Below are positions 17,834 to 27,488 of a DNA stretch of 64,000 bases, in pieces (position 1 is the stretch's first letter; each line of letters begins with the position of its first letter). The notes below the pieces were generated by a model, which ran no database searches, had not been told where the DNA came from, and worked only from the letters and a program-made list of their open reading frames with translations. The position numbers were made by a program, and so were the translations under genes. Source of the stretch: an uncultured Clostridia bacterium (GTDB lineage Bacteria; Bacillota; Clostridia; Oscillospirales; Ruminococcaceae); NCBI GenBank assembly GCA_946498095.1, contig CAMMMX010000018.1, positions 765 through 64,764 on the forward strand, written 5' to 3'.

Positions 17834-19042
17834 TTGAAGTTTGAAAAGAACCCCAAATATTTTACCATTGCTTTATATAGCTTTGGCGTTATTGCAGCGG
17901 GAATGGTTTTCCTGATGCTGTTGCTAAACCTGCCTGCGATAGGCCGCTTTCTCTCCAAGCTGATTGGTATTTTGTCCCCCGTGCTGTGGGGGATCGCCAT
18001 CGCGTATCTCCTGACGCCGGTGCTTCGTTTTTTTGAAAGACGCGTTTTTCACGGGCTGTCAAAGAAAAAGCCCCGCCCCAAGCTGGTGCGGGCGCTGAGC
18101 GTGTCGATGACGATGCTTTTCCTAGTAGCGCTTCTAGCTGCGCTGATTGCCGTTATCCTCCCCCAGATCATCGACTCCATTCGGATCATTTTTGATAATA
18201 TGGACACGTATATCAATAACGTCAAGCAGTGGTCCGATGATCTGGTAGCCAACAATGAACAGCTTAAGCTGCTGGTGGACAAGGTACTGGCTAATTTTGA
18301 AACGTCAGCACAGAAAATATCCGAGCAGCTGATGCCTTTCCTCAACCAGGTGCTTGGGGGTGTCACAAGCGGCGTTATCGGCCTCGTCATGGGTGTGAAG
18401 GATTTTTTAATCGGTTTGGTTATTTCCATTTATCTTTTATTCAGCAAGGAAACCTTTTTTGGACAGGGGAAAAAGGTATTATGCGCCTTGTTTGGAGAGA
18501 ATTTTACCCGGCGCGCTGTCGCCGTGGGGCATGATGCAAACAAGGTTTTCGGCGGCTTTGTCAGCGGCAAGCTGTTGGATTCCTTCATCATTGGCGTTCT
18601 GTGCTATATCGGAATGGTGATCTTCCGGATGCCATACGCGGTATTGATTAGCGTGATAATCGGGGTATTCAACGTCATCCCCTTTTTCGGTCCGATCATC
18701 GGTGCGATCCCTTCGGCGCTCATTATTATGCTGGTCGACCCGATCCAAATGCTCTGGTTTATCCTTTTCGTGATTGTGCTTCAGCAGTTTGACGGCAACA
18801 TTCTGGGGCCGAAGATACTTGGTGATTCGACGGGGCTGTCGGCGTTCTGGGTCATTACGTCGATCCTGCTTTTTGGCGGTTTTATGGGCGTTTTAGGGAT
18901 GTTTATCGGTGTGCCCACCTTTGCCGTCATTTATGCGCTGGTGCGGGCATGGATTGAAAAACGTCTGGAGAAGCGGCAGCTGCCCGTCAGTACCGCTGAC
19001 TATAAAGCGAAAGGAATGCCAAAGGAAAGCGGAAAACCATAG
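17834..19042 (+). CDS. AI-2E family (PerM/YhhT-like) membrane transporter
   Basis: Polytopic membrane protein with the characteristic ...IPFFGPIIGAIPSALI... segment. TTG 17834 after an AAGGAGGAG RBS (the track ORF starts at 17780). Confidence 0.75.
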   Translation: MKFEKNPKYFTIALYSFGVIAAGMVFLMLLLNLPAIGRFLSKLIGILSPVLWGIAIAYLLTPVLRFFERRVFHGLSKKKPRPKLVRALSVSMTMLFLVALLAALIAVILPQIIDSIRIIFDNMDTYINNVKQWSDDLVANNEQLKLLVDKVLANFETSAQKISEQLMPFLNQVLGGVTSGVIGLVMGVKDFLIGLVISIYLLFSKETFFGQGKKVLCALFGENFTRRAVAVGHDANKVFGGFVSGKLLDSFIIGVLCYIGMVIFRMPYAVLISVIIGVFNVIPFFGPIIGAIPSALIIMLVDPIQMLWFILFVIVLQQFDGNILGPKILGDSTGLSAFWVITSILLFGGFMGVLGMFIGVPTFAVIYALVRAWIEKRLEKRQLPVSTADYKAKGMPKESGKP

Positions 19043-19072
19043 GGCTATCCGTTGCCGTTTTCGTAACTTTCC

Positions 19073-20773
19073 TTGAAAGGATGTGGTGTGAGGATGGATT
19101 TGCAAACGTTATTGCACAGCGGCAGGCCAGTGCTCCTTGACGGCGCGATGGGGACAATGCTGCAAAATAAGGGGCTGGCTGCCGGACAGGCCCCTGAGAC
19201 CATGAACCTGAATAACGGTGATGCTGTGCAAGAGGTGCATGAGGCGTATTTGAAGGCAGGCAGCGATATGGTGCTGACCAATACATTCGGTGCCAATGCT
19301 TGTAAGATGTCCCCTTTAGGGTTGTCGGTGCAGGAGGTTGTGGAACGTGCCGTGAAACTAGCCCAGCAGGCGAGGGATGCATCGGGAAAGGATGCATGGA
19401 TCGGCCTTGACATGGGTCCTACTGGGCAGATGCTGTACCCAATGGGAACGCTTTCCTTTGAAGAGGCTTACGCGCTGTACCGGGAGCAGGCCATCGCCGG
19501 TGCGGCAGCGGGGGCGGATTTTGCCCATATTGAAACCATGTCCGATTTGCTGGAGCTAAAGGCGGCGGTTCTCGCCGTACGGGAAAACACTTCTTTGCCG
19601 GTGATGTGCACCATGACGGTGGATAAAAGCCTGCGTACCTTCACTGGCTGCCATATCGGATGCATGGCGGCCGCGATGGAGGCATTGGGAGTAGTTGCGG
19701 TGGGGGTTAACTGTTCGCTGGGGCCGCAGGATCTGGTGCCGGTGGTGAGGGAGCTTGCCAGGTATACCGACTTGCCGCTGATTGTGAAGCCGAACGCCGG
19801 GCTCCCTGTCCTTTTGGAGAACGGAGAGACAACTTTTGATGTTACGCCTGAACAGTTTGGAGAGTGGATGGCGCCCTACTGTGCCATGGGAGCGGTGGTA
19901 CTCGGCGGCTGCTGCGGCACGTCGCCGGATCACATTCGCTGTTTGGCCGACAGCGTCCGCGGCCTTGCTGTTGCTCAACGGGAGCCGGTACGGGGATTGA
20001 CCGTTTGTACGGCGTCCAAGGCGGTTACCCTTGGCGACGGTGTCAAGCTGGTGGGGCAGCGCATCAACCCGTCGGGCAATGCAATGATGACCCAGGCTGT
20101 CTGCACAGGGGATTTCGACACCATTGTTGAGCTTGCCATCGATCAGCTGTCGGATGGTGCGGATATGTTAGATGTCAACGTCTTTGTCGACGGTGTTGAC
20201 GAAGTAGCGGCAATGCGGGAAGCGGTGGCGGCGGTTCAAGCGGCCTGCCATGCTCCTCTGCTGATCGATTCGATGGATCCTGCGGCGCTGGAAGCCGGAT
20301 TACGCGTCTACAGCGGTAAGCCGGTGCTGAACTCCGTGCCGGTGACACAGAAGGCGATGGAAACGCTTTTGCCGCTTGCAAAGCGATATGGCGCCGCCGT
20401 TGTCGGCATGACGCTGTCCGAGGCGGGGATCCCCCGTACAGCGCAGGAACGTCTTGCGCTTGCACAGCGCTTTATTGACACCGCGCTTTCGTACGGAATT
20501 CCCCGGCGGGATATCCTGATTGACTGCGTGACACAGGCCCACAGTATGGACCCGGATAGCGCCTGGCAGACGTTGCAGGCGGTGCAGGCGCTACACGCGC
20601 AGGGCGTGTACACGATCCTCGGGATTGGGAATGTCTCTTATGGTCAGCGTGACCGTGCGCCGCTGGAGGCAATGTATGCGAATCTTTGCGTCCATGCGGG
20701 GGCGGACGCGATCATTCTGAATCCGGCAAGCGCGTCGGTGATGGATGCCGTGGAGGCCAGCGGGCTGGCTTAA
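19073..20773 (+). CDS. homocysteine S-methyltransferase + pterin-binding domain protein (MetH N-terminal half, no B12 module)
   Basis: Hcy domain with Zn-Cys motifs (VGVNCSLGP, GGCCGTSP) followed by a pterin-binding barrel. The protein ends right after it. Exact start uncertain (19073/19088/19094). Confidence 0.75.
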   Translation: MKGCGVRMDLQTLLHSGRPVLLDGAMGTMLQNKGLAAGQAPETMNLNNGDAVQEVHEAYLKAGSDMVLTNTFGANACKMSPLGLSVQEVVERAVKLAQQARDASGKDAWIGLDMGPTGQMLYPMGTLSFEEAYALYREQAIAGAAAGADFAHIETMSDLLELKAAVLAVRENTSLPVMCTMTVDKSLRTFTGCHIGCMAAAMEALGVVAVGVNCSLGPQDLVPVVRELARYTDLPLIVKPNAGLPVLLENGETTFDVTPEQFGEWMAPYCAMGAVVLGGCCGTSPDHIRCLADSVRGLAVAQREPVRGLTVCTASKAVTLGDGVKLVGQRINPSGNAMMTQAVCTGDFDTIVELAIDQLSDGADMLDVNVFVDGVDEVAAMREAVAAVQAACHAPLLIDSMDPAALEAGLRVYSGKPVLNSVPVTQKAMETLLPLAKRYGAAVVGMTLSEAGIPRTAQERLALAQRFIDTALSYGIPRRDILIDCVTQAHSMDPDSAWQTLQAVQALHAQGVYTILGIGNVSYGQRDRAPLEAMYANLCVHAGADAIILNPASASVMDAVEASGLA

Positions 20774-20889
20774 TTGGAAGCAGTGCCGAAGGGTCGTCTG
20801 CACGGGCCGGCATCTGATGCAGTCGTGTGGACAGTCAGTGTCCCCTTTAGAGATTTTCCTAACTAAAATGATACATAGGGAGCAGCTAC

Positions 20890-21702
20890 ATGGATTTTTT
20901 GGAAATATGTAAGGCTATTCTTTTTGGAATTGTACAGGGAATCACCGAGTGGCTCCCTATCAGCAGCACAGGGCATATGATTCTGCTGGATCAGCTTGTC
21001 AAAATGGATTTTTCACAGGATTTTATGTCCATGTTCATGGTCGTTATCCAGTTTGGGTCGATTTTGGCGGTTGTCGTGCTTTATTTTAACAAGCTAAACC
21101 CCTTTTCTACGAAAAAAACACCAGAGCAGAAAAGCGATACGGTATCTTTATGGATCAAGGTGCTGATTGCGGTCATTCCGGCGGGCGTGATCGGTCTGCT
21201 GTTCGAGGAGCAGATTGACCGGTTATTCTATAACCCGCCTACCATCGCGATTACGCTGATTGTGTACGGCGTGCTCTTCATTGTCATGGAGCGCCGCAAG
21301 AGAACGCCGACCATTGAGAGCTTTACGGCACTGACCTGGAAGACGGCCTTGTTGATCGGCGTGTTTCAGATGCTCGCACTCATTCCCGGTACGTCGCGGT
21401 CAGGCGCGACCATCCTAGGTGCGGTGCTGTTGGGAGCGTCCCGTACCGTTGCATCGGAGTTTTCCTTCTTCCTCGCCATCCCGGTGATGCTTGGGGCGAG
21501 CGGGCTGAAGCTAATCAAAGGAGGATTGTCCTATTCCGCTTCCGAATGGACGGTGCTGTTGGTCGGCTGTATAATGGCCTTCCTGGTCTCGATTGTTGCC
21601 ATTCGTTTCCTGCTGGGGTATATCCGTAAGCACGATTTCCAGATCTTCGGCTACTATCGTATCATTCTAGGCGTGGTAGTCCTATTGGCGATGTTTTTGT
21701 AA
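20890..21702 (+). CDS. uppP: undecaprenyl-diphosphate phosphatase
   Basis: 270 aa BacA family with GITEWLPISSTGH and PGTSRSGATI motifs. Confidence 0.9.
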   Translation: MDFLEICKAILFGIVQGITEWLPISSTGHMILLDQLVKMDFSQDFMSMFMVVIQFGSILAVVVLYFNKLNPFSTKKTPEQKSDTVSLWIKVLIAVIPAGVIGLLFEEQIDRLFYNPPTIAITLIVYGVLFIVMERRKRTPTIESFTALTWKTALLIGVFQMLALIPGTSRSGATILGAVLLGASRTVASEFSFFLAIPVMLGASGLKLIKGGLSYSASEWTVLLVGCIMAFLVSIVAIRFLLGYIRKHDFQIFGYYRIILGVVVLLAMFL

Positions 21703-21817
21703 TGGGAGCCGGCAAAGGGACTATACATTTTGAGAATATAAGATAAAATATACTATTTGTTATATGCGGGACGTTTGATCTTCGCTGAAACAGTTCCCTA
21801 GAGAAGGAGGAGCTATC

Positions 21818-22354
21818 GTGGTATGCCGGATCAAACGGATTGGGAAGGAAAATAGCCAAGATATTCATTTACCAAACGAGCCGTTTCTCTTGTTTGGCAG
21901 GATGCTTCCTGCCTATTCCAACGGGGAATGGAGTTTTACGACACAGCTTTTGGAGCAGTCGAATGTCCAGAAAATGGTGTTTCCAGATGAACACTACCAT
22001 TATGAGAAGCTTTCAGAAAAGGGCGTTATGGTTGGCGCGTATGATGAGGCAGGAGCCTGTGTGGGGCTTGCGATTTATCAGTATTCCTGGAACAAATACC
22101 TGTATCTTTATGATTTGAAAGTCAATGCGTCTTATCGTGGAAAAGGGATTGGAAGGGCGCTGATCGAGGAAGGGAAAAAGATCGCGGCAGAAAACGGATA
22201 TCACGGCATTTATACGCAAGCGCAGGATAACAATCTCGGCGCTTGTCTGTTTTATGTGAATACCGGATTTCAAATTGGCGGACTCGATACGATGTTGTAT
22301 CAAGGAACGAAACAGGAAGGTAAGAGCGATATTATCTTTTACCTGCATATGTGA
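21818..22354 (+). CDS. GNAT N-acetyltransferase, streptothricin acetyltransferase (SatA/Sat4)-like
   Basis: N-terminal EPF..GR..P.Y.NGEW.F, then YLYDLKVNASYRGKGIGRALIEEG and QDNNLGACLFYVNTGFQIGGLDTMLY, as in streptothricin acetyltransferases. GTG start after a GAAGGAGG RBS. Confidence 0.65.
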   Translation: MVCRIKRIGKENSQDIHLPNEPFLLFGRMLPAYSNGEWSFTTQLLEQSNVQKMVFPDEHYHYEKLSEKGVMVGAYDEAGACVGLAIYQYSWNKYLYLYDLKVNASYRGKGIGRALIEEGKKIAAENGYHGIYTQAQDNNLGACLFYVNTGFQIGGLDTMLYQGTKQEGKSDIIFYLHM

Positions 22355-22411
22355 GACAGATTGCCTATCTAAGAAAGCGCCTCTATCCCTGTTGCCCCGT
22401 ATCCCTCTTCC

Positions 22412-22681
22412 TCATAAAAGAGGGAGCAATTTGAGCCGGCTTCGGAACGGAATGCCAATCCCGATAACACAAGGTGGATATGCATTGTAAAGAATGAGTA
22501 GCTCTGATGCTCTTGGTGCATTTTGGGCTGTAAAATGAAATTCATCTGCAACTGTCAAAAAGCTTTCTTTGATCACGCCTACGCATTGTGCAATTTCATG
22601 TTGGCGAATTTTTCGTTGCAACAGTGATTGATAAATATGGTGTGTGTTGGTGGATTTCCATTTAACGGACAAAATGAGCAT
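22412..22681 (-). pseudogene. probable remnant of a second GNAT acetyltransferase
   Basis: Only an N-terminal-like stretch (IRQHEIAQCVGVIKESFLTVADEFHFTAQNAP) is recognisable. The reading frame then degenerates and a C-terminal-like piece sits in another frame (22369-22551). Confidence 0.3.
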
Positions 22682-22921
22682 AACTCCCCATATGACATCT
22701 TTGCGGATACTGTCCGAATGAGTTACAAGGGGCTACAATCTTCCGGAAAATCAATCAGCAGAATAGGACGTTGTTTGAACGGAACATCGTCCTATTTTTA
22801 TACAATTCTTTCATGGATGAATTGTATTCCATCTTCGTTACGGAACAGCATCATCGGCAATCTCATTTTCGCGTATCCGTTTTACGTGTAACAGGATGGG
22901 ACGCAAAATCAGAAAACAAGC

Positions 22922-22962
22922 AAAAAAGGTGGGCGATCGCTTCTTTACGAAACGTCGCCCAC
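22922..22962 (-). terminator. candidate intrinsic terminator downstream of the ABC exporter operon
   Basis: Minus strand reads GTGGGCGA...TCGCCCAC (8-bp stem) followed by CTTTTTTG. It lies ~220 nt past the stop at 23184. Confidence 0.45.
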
Positions 22963-23183
22963 AGAGGATCTTTTTGCTGATTTACGAATTCCGGCCATAC
23001 AAGCGGATGAAAGAGAGCGTCCTTGTGCACGTGACAGGGGGGAGAGGCTCTGCGGTCGAGTGTGACTGGAAGAAAAACGCCAAGCGTCCCTCCATACGGT
23101 CTATGCGCATCTTCTTATGAGCGGCATCCCTGCGGGCATGCCGGGCCTATCCCCGGACAAGCCTGCTGGAAATGGATCTTAGA

Positions 23184-25040
23184 TTAATGGGCGAACTGGC
23201 TGTTGTAGAGGGTGGTGTAGAAACCGTTCATCTCCATCAGTTGCGCATGGGTACCCTGCTCAATAATATCGCCGTCCTTCATAACAAGGATGAGGTCGGC
23301 GTCGCGGATGGTGGACAGCCGATGTGCGATAATGAAGCTGGTACGTCCCTGCATGAGATTGTTCATCGCCTTCTGGATCAGGATTTCGGTACGGGTGTCG
23401 ACCGAGCTGGTCGCTTCATCCAGAATTAGAATTTTGGGATCCGAAATGACGGCGCGTGCGATAGTTAATAACTGTTTCTGCCCCTGTGAAATATTGGAGG
23501 CCTCTTCGTTGATGACGGTGTCGTAGCCGTCGGACAGCGTGTGGATGAAATGGTGGACCTTTGCCGTCCGTGCAGCCTCATATACCTCTTCATCCGTGGC
23601 TCCCTGACGTCCATAGGAGAGGTTTTCCTTAATCGTACCGGAGAAGAGCCAGGTATCCTGAAGCACCATTCCAAACATATTACGCAGGTCGTCGCGGCGC
23701 ATGTCGCGGATGTCCACACCGTCGACACGGATACTACCCTCGTTGACGTCGTAGAAACGCATCAGCAGGTTGATGATAGTGGTCTTGCCCGCTCCTGTGG
23801 GACCGACGATAGCGATTTTCTGTCCCGGTTCCACATGCACATTCATGTCTTTGACGATAATTTTATCCGGCGTATAGCCAAAGCGCACATGATCGAAGGT
23901 AACCTCGCCGCGGATATCCTCCAGCTTAACCGGATGGTCGGTATCCGGCACCTCGTCTTCCTCGCTGAGAAATTCGAAGACACGCTCGGCGGCAGCAGCG
24001 GTGGACTGCAGGATATTCATGATGTTAGCCGTCTGGGAAATAGGCTGGTTGAAACGGCGGACGTACTGGAGGAAGGATTGGATGTCGCCGATGTTGACCT
24101 TACCGTTCACAGCCAGCCAACCGCCGAGCACACAGACACAGACATAACCAATATTGCCGATCAGAGAAATGATCGGCATCATTAGGCCGGAAAGGAACTG
24201 CGATTTCCAAGCGGAGTGGTAAAGCTCGTTGTTAATTTCCTTAAACTGCGTAATAGACCGTTCCTCGCCATTGAAGACCTTGATCACGTTGTGTGCGCCG
24301 TACATCTCCTCAACATGTCCGTTCAAGTAGCCGAGGGACTCCTGTTGCTTCTTAAAGAGCTTCTGCGACGCCTTCACGATGACGCTGATGAGGATCAGGG
24401 AAACCGGCAGCGTCAGCAGTGCAATGAGCGTCATCCAGATATTAATGGAAAGCATCATGATAAGGATGCCGATGATCGTTACGACCGAAGTGATAATCTG
24501 CGTCACGCTCTGCGACAACGACATGCTAACGGTATCGATGTCGTTGGTAATACGGGAGAGAATTTCGCCGTAGGTACGGGTGTCGTAATAGCGCAGCGGC
24601 AGGCGGTTTATTTTTTCTGATACCTCTTTACGCAATTGATAGGTGACCTTTTGCGCTACGTCGGACATTAGGAAAGCTTGCAGGTAGTTGAACAGGCTGC
24701 TGATAAGATACAGCCCAATCAGGGTGACCAGGATCATGCCGATTTTTCCAAAGTCAATGCCGCCCAGTCCGTTGAGCTTGAGCATATAGCCGTCAACGAG
24801 GGTGTTGGTGGCGTTACCCAGGACACGCGGCCCCAGGATATCAAGCACCGTGGAGAAAATTGCAAATATGGAGATAAAAACAAGAACGACGGAAAAGGGC
24901 TTCAGATAGCCTCCTAGGCGGATGATGGTGCCTTTGAAATTTTTAGCCTTCTCGCCAGTTCCCATTGGGCCGCCGGGACCATGGGGACCTCCCGGTCCTC
25001 GCCGACGGACGGGTGCGGAAGCAGGACGATTATTGCTCAT
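23184..25040 (-). CDS. ABC exporter half-transporter (TMD-NBD), consensus-site subunit
   Basis: 618 aa with Walker A GPTGAGKTT, Walker B ILILDEATSSVD, H-loop IIAHRLST and an atypical signature ISQGQ. Gly/Pro-rich N-terminus. Confidence 0.85.
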   Translation of the reverse strand: MSNNRPASAPVRRRGPGGPHGPGGPMGTGEKAKNFKGTIIRLGGYLKPFSVVLVFISIFAIFSTVLDILGPRVLGNATNTLVDGYMLKLNGLGGIDFGKIGMILVTLIGLYLISSLFNYLQAFLMSDVAQKVTYQLRKEVSEKINRLPLRYYDTRTYGEILSRITNDIDTVSMSLSQSVTQIITSVVTIIGILIMMLSINIWMTLIALLTLPVSLILISVIVKASQKLFKKQQESLGYLNGHVEEMYGAHNVIKVFNGEERSITQFKEINNELYHSAWKSQFLSGLMMPIISLIGNIGYVCVCVLGGWLAVNGKVNIGDIQSFLQYVRRFNQPISQTANIMNILQSTAAAAERVFEFLSEEDEVPDTDHPVKLEDIRGEVTFDHVRFGYTPDKIIVKDMNVHVEPGQKIAIVGPTGAGKTTIINLLMRFYDVNEGSIRVDGVDIRDMRRDDLRNMFGMVLQDTWLFSGTIKENLSYGRQGATDEEVYEAARTAKVHHFIHTLSDGYDTVINEEASNISQGQKQLLTIARAVISDPKILILDEATSSVDTRTEILIQKAMNNLMQGRTSFIIAHRLSTIRDADLILVMKDGDIIEQGTHAQLMEMNGFYTTLYNSQFAH

Positions 25041-26793
25041 TGTTTAATTCCTCCTCCGAAAGCTGCGACGAAGCGATTTCGCGATAGACATCACAGTTCT
25101 TGAGCAGCTGGGCATGCGTGCCTTTGCCGACAATCCGCCCATTGTCCAGAACGATAATCTGTTCTGCGTTCATGATGGTGCTGATGCGCTGCGCAACAAT
25201 AAGCGTTGTGGTATGCCCGGCGTTTTCTTTGAGCGCCTTCCGCAATGCAGCATCTGTACGGAAGTCCAGCGCCGAGAAACTGTCGTCGAAAATATTGATT
25301 TCCGCGTTTTTGATTAGGGCGCGGGCGATAGAGAGACGCTGCTTCTGTCCGCCTGAGACATTGGTGCCGCCCTGGGCGACCTCGTCGTGGAAGCCTTTTT
25401 CCTTTTGAGAGATGAACTCCATCGCCTGTGCGGTTTCAGCAGCCTTCCTCATTTCTTCATCGGAAGCGTTTTCGTTGCCATATTTGATATTGCTTTCGAT
25501 CGTCCCGCTGAACAACACACCCTTTTGCGGGATATAGCCGATCTTTTCGCGCAAATCGTGCTGTGTATAATGACGCACATCCATGCCGTCGACAAGGATT
25601 TCGCCTTTTGTTACGTCATAGAAACGGGGGATGAGGTTAATCAGCGTTGATTTGCCGCTGCCGGTACTGCCGATGAAGGCGGTCGTCTCGCCGGGCTTTG
25701 CCGTGAAGGTGATATCCGACAGAACCTCTTCCTCGGCGCCGGGATAGGAGAAGGAAACGTTTTTAAACTCGACAAGCCCGCGCTGCTCCTGTGGCAGTCC
25801 GTCAATATGCACACGGGTGTTTTTGTCTGGGTCGTGTACCGACGGCTCGGTTTCCAACACTGCCGCGATACGCCGGGCGGAGACCTGTGCACGGGGAAGG
25901 AAGACGAACATCATGGACAGCATCAGGAAAGCCATCATGACCTGCATGGCGTACTGGATAAACGCCATAATATCACCAATTTGCAGCTGGCTAAGGTCAA
26001 CAAGCTGCGCACCAAACCAAACAATCGCCACACCGGTGACGTTCATAATCAGGAGGACGACAGGCATCTGAAGCGCCATAATCCGGTTTACCTTCAGGTT
26101 GAGGCCGGTCAGGTTCCGGTTGACATCGTCGAATTTTTTCTCTTCCACCTTCTGGGTAATAAAGGCGCGGATGACACGGATACCGGTCAGGTTTTCCCGT
26201 GCAACCATGTTGAGCTTATCAACGTATTTTTGGATACGGTCAAAGTTGGGGACCACCACCATGATCAGCAGCAATACGAAGGCAATGGTAATTGGTACCG
26301 CGATAGCGATAATAACCGACATTTTCAAGTTGGTATCCAGCGCTTTCAGGATACCGCCAATCCCCATAATCGGCGCGGACAAAACCATACGCAGCAGCAT
26401 GATCAGTACCATCTGCATTTGCTGGACGTCGTTGGTTGTACGGGTGATCAGCGATGCGGTGGAAAATTTGTCAAACTCGTTGAGAGAGAAACTTTCCACT
26501 CTGGTAAAGACGTCGTTACGAAGCGCCCGTGCCGCGCCGGCGCCGATACGGGACGCAAAAAAGGAGACCACGACAATTGCTAGGCCGGAGATCAGCGAAA
26601 GCCCAAGCATTTGCAGGCCGGTGATCCAGATGTAGCCGGTATCCCCTTTGATAACGCCGTTGTCAATGATATTCGCCATATAGTCGGGCAAGGTCAAGTC
26701 TGCCATCGTCTGGGTAAAGACCCCTACGAAGACGATAATGATCTGCCACCAGTACGGCTTGAGGTAACGTGCAAGTTTCCCCATGTCTTCCAT
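25030..26793 (-). CDS. ABC exporter half-transporter (TMD-NBD), degenerate-site subunit
   Basis: 587 aa with Walker A GSTGSGKST and signature VSGGQ. Walker B is INIFDDSFSALD (Asp in place of the catalytic Glu) and the H-loop is IVAQRIST (Gln in place of His). 11-nt overlap with the downstream partner. Confidence 0.85.
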   Translation of the reverse strand: MEDMGKLARYLKPYWWQIIIVFVGVFTQTMADLTLPDYMANIIDNGVIKGDTGYIWITGLQMLGLSLISGLAIVVVSFFASRIGAGAARALRNDVFTRVESFSLNEFDKFSTASLITRTTNDVQQMQMVLIMLLRMVLSAPIMGIGGILKALDTNLKMSVIIAIAVPITIAFVLLLIMVVVPNFDRIQKYVDKLNMVARENLTGIRVIRAFITQKVEEKKFDDVNRNLTGLNLKVNRIMALQMPVVLLIMNVTGVAIVWFGAQLVDLSQLQIGDIMAFIQYAMQVMMAFLMLSMMFVFLPRAQVSARRIAAVLETEPSVHDPDKNTRVHIDGLPQEQRGLVEFKNVSFSYPGAEEEVLSDITFTAKPGETTAFIGSTGSGKSTLINLIPRFYDVTKGEILVDGMDVRHYTQHDLREKIGYIPQKGVLFSGTIESNIKYGNENASDEEMRKAAETAQAMEFISQKEKGFHDEVAQGGTNVSGGQKQRLSIARALIKNAEINIFDDSFSALDFRTDAALRKALKENAGHTTTLIVAQRISTIMNAEQIIVLDNGRIVGKGTHAQLLKNCDVYREIASSQLSEEELNNEQ

Positions 26794-26843
26794 CCTTTCA
26801 ATTCTGATTTGTTATGTCGGGACGCGCAAACGGATGATCCGCA

Positions 26844-27392
26844 TTACGCGTCCTTACTACTATGCCCTGGACAGTCGCCGCAGTGGTGGGCGTCGCGCCC
26901 ATTATGCTGTCTGAAAAAGTCCCCGGCACGGCCGAGCAACCGCAGCAGCTCCTCGGCGTCTTCTTCGCCAAGGTAGTCGACGAGGCGGGAGACGGTATCA
27001 TAAAAGCGGTGCGCCTGCGCTTCGATATAAGCTTTTCCCTGCTGCGTCAGACGAAGGTGAAAGCGGCGCTTGTCGTCCTTGGACAGGATACGTTCAACGA
27101 ACTGCATCTCCTCCAGCCGTGCGAGCACGGGGGACATGGCCGATCGGGTCATCCCCATACGGCTGCTCATTTCAGAAGGTGTAAACGGCGGTTTGCCTTC
27201 GGCTTCCCGACGATGCAGGCACATCAGGGCGCCCAACTCACTGGGACGCAGTACCCCGTCGTAGGAACGCGGTCGGTTGACGTGGCTGAAAAAACTGATG
27301 GTATGTGTTAGGTTTTGCACAAGTGCAAAAGGAACATCCGGAGAGGTTTCATGATTCGCTCCAACGCCCGGAGGATCCTGCGGTAACGGCAT
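26844..27392 (-). CDS. MarR-family transcriptional regulator
   Basis: Winged-HTH core (FTPSEMSSRMGMTRSAMSPVLARLEEMQFVERILSKDDKRRFHLRLTQQG). First gene of the exporter operon. AAGGA RBS. Confidence 0.8.
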   Translation of the reverse strand: MPLPQDPPGVGANHETSPDVPFALVQNLTHTISFFSHVNRPRSYDGVLRPSELGALMCLHRREAEGKPPFTPSEMSSRMGMTRSAMSPVLARLEEMQFVERILSKDDKRRFHLRLTQQGKAYIEAQAHRFYDTVSRLVDYLGEEDAEELLRLLGRAGDFFRQHNGRDAHHCGDCPGHSSKDA

Positions 27393-27427
27393 GTTTGGTC
27401 ATCCTTTCTAAAGGAAAAATACAATTC

Positions 27428-27481
27428 GTTCATTTGATAAATAATTTCCAATATGTATAGTTAATCAAATGAACTATACAT
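27428..27481. promoter_or_regulatory. candidate MarR operator: two interleaved perfect inverted repeats
   Basis: GTTCATTTGAT (27428-27438) pairs with ATCAAATGAAC (27464-27474). ATGTATAGTT (27453-27462) pairs with AACTATACAT (27472-27481). Both lie just downstream of the -10 of the marR promoter. Confidence 0.55.
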
Positions 27482-27488
27482 GATTTTA

